This document shows positions 17,266 through 25,394 of a stretch of 64,000 nt of DNA, piece by piece (the stretch's first letter is position 1; the number at the start of each line of letters is the position of its first letter). Source of the DNA: an uncultured Candidatus Peribacteria bacterium (GTDB taxonomy: Bacteria; Patescibacteriota; Gracilibacteria; Peribacterales; Peribacteraceae); the NCBI GenBank assembly GCA_964449445.1, contig CAYUZT010000006.1:12223-76222 (forward strand). The letters run 5' to 3'. The position numbers and the translations under genes were made by a program. A model generated the notes under the pieces. It was not told the origin of the DNA. It ran no database searches and saw only the letters and a list, made by a program, of their open reading frames with translations.

Positions 17266-19311
17266 ATGCCACGATCATTAGTCCTCGGCAACGGCACTCT
17301 CCTCGCGACCTTCGATGCCAATCTCCAGATGCGAGATTTCTACTATCCCCACGTGGGCATGGAGGACCAGACGACGTATCAGCACGTGCATCGCGTCGGC
17401 GTCTTTGTGGAAGGAAGAGGATTCGCATGGTGGGATGATCCCTCGTGGGTGATTACACCCCAGTACGAAGCCGAAACGCTCGTGGGCAAATCGACACTGA
17501 GAAATGAAAAACTGGGATTGCAGATTATCGCGCAGGATTACGTGCACCCCGTGCATAATGTGCTCGTGCGTCACCTGACGGTGCGAAGTCTCGATGAACA
17601 TGTGCGATCGGCACGGTTCTTCTTCCACCACGATTTCCACATATACGGCGACAAGCAGAAGGACACCGCATTCTACGAACCGTACACAAACAGCGTTATT
17701 CATTACCGGCAGAATCGCTACTTCCTGGTGGGAGGCGAAACGTCACAGCCCATCGAATGCCGATCAGGAGTCCGAGCCGAAAAATACGCATCAGTTCTGC
17801 GAAGTATGGAACAGCTCAAGACTTGCGGGATCACGGCATTTGCCATCGGCAAATCGGAATATCGGGGACTGGAAGGCACATGGAAAGACGCGGAAGACGG
17901 CGAACTGGGAGGAAACCCCATTGAACAAGGATCCGTCGATTCCACCGTCGGCATTTGGTGCTCTGTTGGAACAGGTGCCGACACCGATGTCACCCTGTGG
18001 CTCTGCGCAGGGAAGTCACTCGATGACGTTTTGCAGCTACAGCAGAAAGTGCTGCAGGAAACACCGGAGCGGCTCCAGCGCAATTGCCGGAATTTCTGGA
18101 AGAGCTGGGCGAACAAAGTTCCGCGGGAGTTCGGCTCGCTGTCGCCCCAGTTGATCGAACTCTACAAGCGCAGTCTCCTCGTCATCCGCACGCACGCCGA
18201 CGAAGCGGGAGGCATTGTGGCGGCAGCCGATAACGACATCCAGGCGTTCAACCGCGATACCTACACGTACGTGTGGCCTCGGGACGGCGCGTTCGTTTCC
18301 GTCGCGCTCGACCATGCGGGCTACAGCGAAGTGGCGCGCAAATTCTACCGCTTCTGCATGCAAATTCAGATGCCCGATGGCTACCTGCTCCATAAATACA
18401 ATCCCGACGGGTCTCTCGGCTCCTCGTGGCACCCGTGGTTCCGCGATCACCAGGCGCAGCTGCCGATTCAGGAAGATGAAACCGCGCTCGTGCTCTACGG
18501 CGCATGGAAGCACTTCCAGGTGAACCATGATTTCGAATTCCTCCAGGATTTCTACGAGAACTTCGGCAAGAAGGCTGCGCAGTTTTTGGTCGATTTTCGC
18601 GAAGCAGAGACGGGCCTGCCGCTCCCCAGCTACGATCCATGGGAGGAACACAGTGGCATTTTCACCTACACCACGGCGTGTGCAATCGCCGGTCTCCACG
18701 CCGCAGGGGAAATCGCGCATATCCTGGGGCACCATCGCCACTCGGAGCATTATCAAACGACTGCGGATGAGATGCGCCAGGCGATGTTCTTCCATCTGTT
18801 CGATGAAGACACGAAACGGTTCATGAAGAAGATCAAACGGAAGGACGGCAAGACCGTCGAGCGCGATACGACGCTGGACGCGAGCATTGTCGCCGTGTGG
18901 CTTCTCGGTGTCCTTCCCCCGGATGACCCCCGGGTGATCTCCACGATGGAACAACTGGAGAAATCATTGACGGTAAGGACCCCGGTGGGTGGCCTTGCAC
19001 GCTATCCGCTCGATTTCTACCAGACCGCCGTTCCCCATAGCGCCGAGATCCCGGGAAATCCCTGGATCATCACCACTCTCTGGCTCGCACAGTGGCAGAT
19101 TGCGTGTGCGAAGACGGCAAAAGACCTTGCTGCGCCCAAAGCCATTCTCGAATGGGTCAACAAGAACGCAACGAAGTCGGGCCTTCTGCCGGAACAGCTG
19201 CATCCGATCACCGGCGCACACCTTTCGGTCTCCCCGCTGATCTGGAGTCATGCGACGTACGTGGAGACCGTGCTGAAATTCGTCGAAAAGGAAAAGAATT
19301 TCACAGAATGA
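17266..19311 (+). CDS. Glycoside hydrolase family 15 (glucoamylase / glucodextranase-like)
   Basis: YTYVWPRDGAFVSVAL, WEEHSGIFTYT, LLPEQL, SHATY strings typical of GH15 catalytic domain. Confidence 0.8.
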   Translation: MPRSLVLGNGTLLATFDANLQMRDFYYPHVGMEDQTTYQHVHRVGVFVEGRGFAWWDDPSWVITPQYEAETLVGKSTLRNEKLGLQIIAQDYVHPVHNVLVRHLTVRSLDEHVRSARFFFHHDFHIYGDKQKDTAFYEPYTNSVIHYRQNRYFLVGGETSQPIECRSGVRAEKYASVLRSMEQLKTCGITAFAIGKSEYRGLEGTWKDAEDGELGGNPIEQGSVDSTVGIWCSVGTGADTDVTLWLCAGKSLDDVLQLQQKVLQETPERLQRNCRNFWKSWANKVPREFGSLSPQLIELYKRSLLVIRTHADEAGGIVAAADNDIQAFNRDTYTYVWPRDGAFVSVALDHAGYSEVARKFYRFCMQIQMPDGYLLHKYNPDGSLGSSWHPWFRDHQAQLPIQEDETALVLYGAWKHFQVNHDFEFLQDFYENFGKKAAQFLVDFREAETGLPLPSYDPWEEHSGIFTYTTACAIAGLHAAGEIAHILGHHRHSEHYQTTADEMRQAMFFHLFDEDTKRFMKKIKRKDGKTVERDTTLDASIVAVWLLGVLPPDDPRVISTMEQLEKSLTVRTPVGGLARYPLDFYQTAVPHSAEIPGNPWIITTLWLAQWQIACAKTAKDLAAPKAILEWVNKNATKSGLLPEQLHPITGAHLSVSPLIWSHATYVETVLKFVEKEKNFTE

Positions 19312-19359
19312 AGGAGCAGGCGTTCCCGCCTGCGCTCCCGTGGTTTATACTGTGTTCCT

Positions 19360-20199
19360 GTGAAGTTCATATTGCACCACGCCATCGCTTCAGTCGTCAT
19401 ATCAATGATAGCGATTCCCTCTTTGAGTCTCGCTCAGCAATCCTCCTCCAGTTCCGCTCCCGCAGAATCGGATGTGATTCGCGAAGATCGGGAATTCCGG
19501 CTGCGCGGTTTTGTCGAGAGTATTGAGGAAGGCACTGTGCAGGAAACGCAATTCCGGGAGCAAAGTGCAGCATATTTCGCCAAACGCGCGCAGCATCGTC
19601 GAATATGCCGTGACGATCTACGAAAGGCAAACAAAATGACTCTCATGAGTACGCTCCTGCGGTGCTACAGAAGCGAACTCAGTTCCCTCAAGGATTTCGC
19701 GCAGAAGCAGGAAGAGATCTTCGCGGACATCTCTGGTCTGATCCCCACCATCCGTTCACAAGCGGTAAAGAGCGCCAAAGAGCTGAGCGATGCCCTCACA
19801 ACGGTCATCTTTGCCATCGATAGCGGCGTCTACGAAACAAAAGACGACGTCCTGGAAGCGAAACGGAATCTCTACCGCAAGTACCAGCTGCCGCTCTGGA
19901 GCAATTGGACAATGGTGCGAGCCGATCGGACATTGACGTGGATTGCCCATCTCATCGAAAAAATCGACAGGCTGACGGAAGCGGAAAAAGAGCGCGGACT
20001 TGATCGCAGCGAACTCAGTGACGCTCGCTCATGCCTCACGGCGCAGGAAATCGCTCTGAGACCATTGATCCAGGCCGCTGCAGAAAACCGCGGAGAGAAG
20101 CTCGCAGCGTCACTCCTTGCACTACAGGAGTGCGTGAAGATCGTGCAAGGAATTCCGCGCGTTCTGACCGAATCGGGATCGCTTCTTCTGCCACAATAA
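19360..20199 (+). CDS. Hypothetical secreted protein
   Basis: GTG start 8 nt after TATACT; N-terminal signal-like IASVVISMIAIPSLSLAQQ. Confidence 0.45.
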   Translation: MKFILHHAIASVVISMIAIPSLSLAQQSSSSSAPAESDVIREDREFRLRGFVESIEEGTVQETQFREQSAAYFAKRAQHRRICRDDLRKANKMTLMSTLLRCYRSELSSLKDFAQKQEEIFADISGLIPTIRSQAVKSAKELSDALTTVIFAIDSGVYETKDDVLEAKRNLYRKYQLPLWSNWTMVRADRTLTWIAHLIEKIDRLTEAEKERGLDRSELSDARSCLTAQEIALRPLIQAAAENRGEKLAASLLALQECVKIVQGIPRVLTESGSLLLPQ

Positions 20200-20230
20200 T
20201 TTTTCATCGAGGAAAAGACCGGACGAATGA

Positions 20231-20259
20231 TTGACAGAAGATAGAAAAGGTGAAATGAT
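20231..20259 (+). promoter_or_regulatory. Candidate promoter TTGACA-17 nt-AATGAT, 9 nt before ATG 20269
   Basis: Near-duplicate of 12031-12059 block. Confidence 0.4.
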
Positions 20260-20268
20260 ATTTTTGCT

Positions 20269-20850
20269 ATGGCAAGTCACGAAAATTCTTCATTCCGACC
20301 CGGCAGAATTGACCGCACTCAGCTAGGAATAATCGCGGCAGGTTTGTTTATGGTTGCTGGAGGAAGTGCGGTGCTCATCGAACAGAACATGCGTATTAGA
20401 GAGTTCAGGCAAACGTTGAAAGCACGTGACGCTCAAGGTCCCATGAATTTAAAGAAAGATATTCCTCTTGCGAATGGAGCACCTCCTCCCGAGTTTCTTC
20501 CGAGGAAACAAGATCCAATTCTGTGGATGAGCGATGCGGAACTCGAGGCATTTATACGCGATTGTTCTGCCAAGCTCCAGAAGAATCCAAATGATGCTGC
20601 AATTCTTGAACAGCGCGGTGACGCATATGTAAGAAAAGAGATGAAGACTCTCGCTGCAGCGGATTATCGTCAGGCACTGAAGATTGTTCAACAAGAAAAT
20701 TCGAGAAGTACATTGCCAGGCACAGTCACTGTAGATGCAGGCGGTGAAGTTATCGGAGACACAGACAACTCTGGTTACCGTCGCAATGCACTCGAGAGAA
20801 AAATTCAAGAAATCGAGCAGCCACCTCCTGACGATGATCCAATACTCTAA
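20269..20850 (+). CDS. Hypothetical membrane-anchored protein with one TPR-like motif
   Basis: Helix LGIIAAGLFMVAGGSAVLI; NPNDAAILEQRGDAYVRKEMKTLAAADYRQALKI resembles a TPR. Confidence 0.4.
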   Translation: MASHENSSFRPGRIDRTQLGIIAAGLFMVAGGSAVLIEQNMRIREFRQTLKARDAQGPMNLKKDIPLANGAPPPEFLPRKQDPILWMSDAELEAFIRDCSAKLQKNPNDAAILEQRGDAYVRKEMKTLAAADYRQALKIVQQENSRSTLPGTVTVDAGGEVIGDTDNSGYRRNALERKIQEIEQPPPDDDPIL

Positions 20851-20865
20851 TGATATGCTAACAGC

Positions 20866-21480
20866 ATGTCAGCAGTTCCTATCCTGATTCAACGTACCCG
20901 CAACCGCCACTCACGCGCGGTGTTGCAGAATGACACCATCGTCATTCGCCTCGCACGGAATTTGTCGCAATGGGAAGAACAGAAGCACATTCAGAACCTT
21001 TTCCAGCGCATGAGTGTGATGCTGCAGAGGCAGCGCCAGCGGATTCGTATCATTCCCCTCAGAGCTCTTCCGCAGGAACAACGGGACGTTGCCGCGCTCG
21101 TGCATCAGCTAAACGCCGACACATTCAACGTACCGCTCGGAAACATTCGCCTGCGCGCGATGCGCAGCCAGTGGGGCAGTTGTTCTTCCCGGGGAAACAT
21201 CACGCTGAATACCGCCCTCCTACAACTCTCTCGTCCATTACTTGAATACGTGATCATCCACGAGCTCGCGCATAGGATTGTAAAAAATCATTCGAAAAGA
21301 TTTTGGGATCTAGTGGAAAGCGTGTGTCCCGGGTCGAAAGAGGCAAGACGAGAGCTACGAACGTACACGCTCACAAAAGCTTCGTCAGCGGCTCCCCTGC
21401 CCTCTCCATCAACTCCCCCAGCAGAAATACCGGCAATCCCACCACGGAGGACCAGTCTCCGTCGATTCTTTCGATTATAA
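20866..21480 (+). CDS. YgjP-like (DUF45/M48-related) metallopeptidase
   Basis: YVIIHELAHRIVKNHSKRFWDLV HExxH region; C-terminal tail overlaps maf convergently. Confidence 0.7.
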   Translation: MSAVPILIQRTRNRHSRAVLQNDTIVIRLARNLSQWEEQKHIQNLFQRMSVMLQRQRQRIRIIPLRALPQEQRDVAALVHQLNADTFNVPLGNIRLRAMRSQWGSCSSRGNITLNTALLQLSRPLLEYVIIHELAHRIVKNHSKRFWDLVESVCPGSKEARRELRTYTLTKASSAAPLPSPSTPPAEIPAIPPRRTSLRRFFRL

Positions 21481-21955
21481 GCTGCCCGGGCCCGTCGATT
21501 TGAAACGCACCGGACCGATCTTCCCACAGCCTCGTCCCAATCCACCACTCCACTTCCTCGTCCGAGAGAGACTTGAACATAACCGACGATGTAGAGACGC
21601 CGCTGTATTCCTTTCCATGAGCGGAAATGACCGTCAGTCCGGAATGGACGAACGAGGTTTTTCCACTCTGAAGCCTGAGCATCCTCCGCGCATCCTCCTC
21701 ATCCCGGGGTTTTTCGAGCATCTGCCCGTCCGATGCGACAACCAGCGTATCGCAACCGATAACGACCGCGCCTTTTCGCGCCCCGGCGACCTCACGGGCT
21801 TTGAGCAGCGAAAGCAACTCCGCACGCCGGACGGGGTCTCGTTCCGTGCAGGCAGATTCCTCTACCTGACTGTGAACGACATCACACGAGAGGCCGAGAC
21901 CGGCGAGAAGGTGCTGACGCTGCGGACTGGCCGATGCGAGGATCAGACGGGTCAT
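21371..21955 (-). CDS. maf: Maf-like nucleoside triphosphate pyrophosphatase
   Basis: LILASASPQRQHLL, GCDTLV, GAFQIDG signatures. Confidence 0.85.
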   Translation of the reverse strand: MTRLILASASPQRQHLLAGLGLSCDVVHSQVEESACTERDPVRRAELLSLLKAREVAGARKGAVVIGCDTLVVASDGQMLEKPRDEEDARRMLRLQSGKTSFVHSGLTVISAHGKEYSGVSTSSVMFKSLSDEEVEWWIGTRLWEDRSGAFQIDGPGQLIIERIDGDWSSVVGLPVFLLGELMERAGEPLTKLL

Positions 21956-22012
21956 GACAGCAGAATAACAGAGTCCCGTGCGGGACTCTGCTACTGCGTC
22001 ATCATTGCATCA

Positions 22013-22696
22013 TTACTGAGCTGAGCTGCTCGACCCACTCCGTACATTCCTCGGCACTGCCGGCTTGATCGTCTTGTAATCGTAACCCTTGATCGTCAGC
22101 GGGGCGGTTGGTTTATCGCTGGTCGCTGCGCCACGGAGTCGTGCGCGGGCGTCGATTTTTGCATTCTGGAGATCGCTCTGGATTCCCGTCGTGCGGATTT
22201 CTTTCTTTCCCTTGCGCTTCTGGCATTCGATATCGAACTGCTTTGAAAAGCCGGGATACTTAAAACATTTTCCTGTCCTCTCCGCCTGCGCAAGCGCTTT
22301 GCGTTCCCGTACGGGAAGTGCATCCGGAGAAACAACATCGTCCGCTTTCTTCACGTAGTCGGTCGTCGACAGCGGTTCTGTCCGGATCGGTTCGCCGCGC
22401 ACGGTTTCTGCGGTACCCGCGCTCAGGTAGAAACGCATCGATTCGGGATCGTTGATATCGGGTTTCTTCAGTCCTTTTTCACCATTCTGCAGACGAACGT
22501 TATACATATCGAGTGCACGGTAGTAGTCGTACCGGTCCTGTGAAAGGTATGCCTTGTGGAGCTGTACATTCATGCGGACGCCGTTCACAAGGCCTTCATC
22601 CGACTGGAGCATGGCTTTCATGGACTGATCGGCAGCAAATGGCAGAGAGGTGCCAACCGCGAGAGAGGCAACGAAGAGAGCGATAGAGCGAACCAT
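22013..22696 (-). CDS. Hypothetical secreted protein
   Basis: Signal-like MVRSIALFVASLAVGTSLPFAA; no family recognised. Confidence 0.45.
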   Translation of the reverse strand: MVRSIALFVASLAVGTSLPFAADQSMKAMLQSDEGLVNGVRMNVQLHKAYLSQDRYDYYRALDMYNVRLQNGEKGLKKPDINDPESMRFYLSAGTAETVRGEPIRTEPLSTTDYVKKADDVVSPDALPVRERKALAQAERTGKCFKYPGFSKQFDIECQKRKGKKEIRTTGIQSDLQNAKIDARARLRGAATSDKPTAPLTIKGYDYKTIKPAVPRNVRSGSSSSAQ

Positions 22697-22742
22697 AGAG
22701 TGGGGTGTGAATGTTCATGAACATTATACAACAATTACTTAT

Positions 22743-23705
22743 TTAACGCAAGCCCGTCGCTTTCCGTACTTTCTCCATCGTTTTGCCTGCCACGAGCCTA
22801 GCCTTTTTGGCCCCTTCCGCCATCACTTCCTCGAGATAATTCTTCTTTGCCTCAATTTCCGTCCGCCTTTTTCGCATAGTAGCGAAGGTATCCAGATACG
22901 TTTCGAGCAGCCGCTTCTTTCCCTCGCCATAAGAAAGTCCGTTTCGATACTCTGCTGCGAGTGCCTTCTGTTCACTATCGGAAAGGAATAGGCGATGAAT
23001 CTGAAAAATCACGCAGGTGTCAGGGTCCTTGGAATCCTTGGCGTCTTTGGAATCCGTAATAATGCCCATGATCGCTTTCTTGATTGCCGCTTCGGGACCG
23101 AAGAGCGAAACTACATTGCCGTAACTCTTGCTCATCTTCTGTCCGTCCGTCCCGGGAACGACGGCGACGTCTTCGCGAATCATCGGTTCGGGAAGAACAA
23201 ACGTCTCACCGAAGGTGTTATTGAATTTCATCGCGATGTCCCGCGTCATCTCCACGTGCTGCTTTTGATCCTTTCCCACCGGCACCAGATTCGTGTCATA
23301 GAGGAGAATGTCTGCCGCCATCAGGACGGGATACGTGAAGAGCCCCACGGACGCCTTGATCCCCTTCTCCACTTTATCGCGGTAGCTGACCGCCCGCTCC
23401 AGGAGTCCCATGGGAGTCACGGTCGAGAGCACCCACAAGAGTTCCGCATGCTCCGGTACATCGGATTGAAAGAAGATAATGGCCTTCTCGGGATCAAAAC
23501 CGCATGCAAGGTAATCAAGGACAATATCCCGCCGCAGCTGCCGGAGCTCCTGTGGGTCCTGAATGGTTGTCAGCGCGTGGAGATCGGCGACGAAATAGAC
23601 GCTCTCCTCCGTCTTCCCCAGTAATTCCAAATTCGGCCGCATGGAACCGAAGTAATTCCCGAGGTGGAGTTGGCCCGATGGCTGCATTCCCGAGAGGACG
23701 CGCAT
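22743..23705 (-). CDS. trpS: Tryptophan--tRNA ligase
   Basis: SGMQPSGQLHLGNYFG (HIGH-like) and KMSKS motifs; TGTGATACT extended -10 lies 8 nt before the ATG. Confidence 0.95.
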   Translation of the reverse strand: MRVLSGMQPSGQLHLGNYFGSMRPNLELLGKTEESVYFVADLHALTTIQDPQELRQLRRDIVLDYLACGFDPEKAIIFFQSDVPEHAELLWVLSTVTPMGLLERAVSYRDKVEKGIKASVGLFTYPVLMAADILLYDTNLVPVGKDQKQHVEMTRDIAMKFNNTFGETFVLPEPMIREDVAVVPGTDGQKMSKSYGNVVSLFGPEAAIKKAIMGIITDSKDAKDSKDPDTCVIFQIHRLFLSDSEQKALAAEYRNGLSYGEGKKRLLETYLDTFATMRKRRTEIEAKKNYLEEVMAEGAKKARLVAGKTMEKVRKATGLR

Positions 23706-23779
23706 AGACGTAGAGTATCACAACCTATCATCTCTAGCCGCAGGTCTTCGACCTGCGGTCCGCGCGTCGAAGACTCGCT

Positions 23780-24442
23780 CTAGGTTACCTGCCGCAGCTC
23801 CTCTAGTACCTCTTCAAACACTCTGGGTAGAGGCGCTTCAATTGTCATCTCTTTTCCCGTCACGGGATGCGGCAGGCTGACTTTGGCTGCATGAAGGAAA
23901 AACCTCCTATACCCAAAATGTTTCGTAAAAATCCGGTTCGCTCTTTCGTCTCCATAGAGCTCATCCAAAACCAGCGGGTGCTTGATCATGGAGAGGTGCC
24001 GGCGGATTTGGTGATGTCGACCGGTTTCGATCTCCACTTCTACAGAGGACCACGCCAAAAATCGTTCGAGGACATGGTAGCGCGAGAGCGCATGGATATT
24101 CCCCTCTCCCTTTGCGCGGGCCGGGAGCGGAATACTGATTTCCCCCCGCTCCTTCACCATTCTTCCCGCCACAATCGTCCGGTACGTTTTCTTCCACCCG
24201 CTGAACTTCCGTGCCAAAGAATCTGCGAGAACTTTCTTGGTACGAGCAAACAGGACGATGCCGGATGTTTCAAAATCCAGACGGTTGAGCGGGTGAATGC
24301 CCGGGTATTCTTTCTTCAGAAAATCGAGCAGCGGCAATTTTTGAATTTTGCCTGATCCTTTCACGACCAATTCCCCCGCGAGCTTGTTCACGACAAGAAT
24401 CGCGTCATCGCAGTAGAGAATTCTGGAAGGATTAATACTCAC
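23780..24442 (-). CDS. RluA-family pseudouridine synthase
   Basis: HPLNRLDFETSGIVLFA catalytic Asp motif, GRHHQIRRHL. Confidence 0.85.
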   Translation of the reverse strand: MSINPSRILYCDDAILVVNKLAGELVVKGSGKIQKLPLLDFLKKEYPGIHPLNRLDFETSGIVLFARTKKVLADSLARKFSGWKKTYRTIVAGRMVKERGEISIPLPARAKGEGNIHALSRYHVLERFLAWSSVEVEIETGRHHQIRRHLSMIKHPLVLDELYGDERANRIFTKHFGYRRFFLHAAKVSLPHPVTGKEMTIEAPLPRVFEEVLEELRQVT

Positions 24443-24786
24443 GCCGCAAGTATATATCCTTTTTCCTTGGCAACCCTGACTGCAGTTGTCTCTAGAATAT
24501 TAATAATTTCATCATCTGACCGCACAGCACGTTCACGCATCAGCTGTGTTAATAACCGATTCACATCAATAAATATTGCATTAACCGCACCCGGTCCGAT
24601 TTTTTCTAAATGCCTAAACAATACTGGCTGTCTCTCCTTCAAAGCTGCTTTGATACCGTTTTTTGAAAGAGAGGTACCTAGTTCAAGCTGTTGCGTGCGT
24701 GCGCGATCAGCATCCATATCACCGGTAGAAGGGAGATCAATGCCACGAGATCGTGGATTGAATCGTGGTTGATAGTAATGAGCCAC
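24439..24786 (-). CDS. Hypothetical protein
   Basis: 115-aa ORF whose stop overlaps the pseudouridine synthase start by 4 nt. Confidence 0.35.
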   Translation of the reverse strand: MAHYYQPRFNPRSRGIDLPSTGDMDADRARTQQLELGTSLSKNGIKAALKERQPVLFRHLEKIGPGAVNAIFIDVNRLLTQLMRERAVRSDDEIINILETTAVRVAKEKGYILAA

Positions 24787-24840
24787 AAATCCATTGTAAA
24801 TTATTTTACAAAAAAGTCAAATACCTCGTTTCCCAGATTC

Positions 24841-25224
24841 TCACCGATCCTCAGACACTAAATCCGTAATCGTCATCCGTTCGCCGATGAATTTGCGAAC
24901 GGTTCTTTTGAGAAGCGACGCGCTGCGATCCTGGACCTTGGGCAGAACTTCCTTCTTCACAACAGGCGATTTTGCAGTCGCGGGTGCTTTGCCGAAGAGA
25001 GCGCGCTGTTCAGAAAGCCATGTGGGAGCAAAAGCGAGACTTCCTTCGTCGCGAATCAGAACACCGGCAGAAATCATCTGCCCAACCGTCCGGTAGAGCG
25101 TGGGTACCGAGACCGGCATGCGGCGCGCACGCAAATCTTTACTGAGTTCCTTCATCGTCACGCCCGTACGATGTGCGACGATATCAATAATTGCGCTGAA
25201 GAGTGGGTGAAGTGGATCAAGCAT
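24841..25224 (-). CDS. Small winged-helix DNA-binding protein (putative regulator), divergent from paralog 1
   Basis: VTMKELSKDLRARRMPVSVPTLYRTVGQMISAGVLIRDEG looks like an HTH plus wing; family not assignable. Confidence 0.4.
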   Translation of the reverse strand: MLDPLHPLFSAIIDIVAHRTGVTMKELSKDLRARRMPVSVPTLYRTVGQMISAGVLIRDEGSLAFAPTWLSEQRALFGKAPATAKSPVVKKEVLPKVQDRSASLLKRTVRKFIGERMTITDLVSEDR

Positions 25225-25293
25225 GCACTAATAGTAGTTTTCATTTTTTGAGAATGCACTTGTCAGGAAACGAGAAAGAATGTTTACCGCTTT

Positions 25294-25370
25294 CCCTCTC
25301 CCACCGCAGTGGGAGAGGGTGCCCCGTAGGGGCGGGTGAGGGCTATGAGTGAGGGCTATGAGTGAGGGTT
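25294..25370 (+). repeat. GGGAGAGGG/GGGTGAGGG hairpin element (type 1), extended copy with tandem GGGCTATGAGTGA x2
   Basis: ccctctccc-accgcagt-gggagaggg then gccccgtaggggc and gggtgaggg repeats; read directly. Confidence 0.8.
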
Positions 25371-25394
25371 TTCAGAAAGAGCTATACTGTAGAT

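Noticed and set aside
23738-23760. Hairpin gccgcaggtcttcgacctgcggt between trpS and the pseudouridine synthase gene as a distinct repeat family
   Set aside because: There is only one copy in the window. It lies upstream of the trpS start and downstream of the pseudouridine synthase stop, so a role as that gene's terminator is possible but unproven, and it is not reported as a family.
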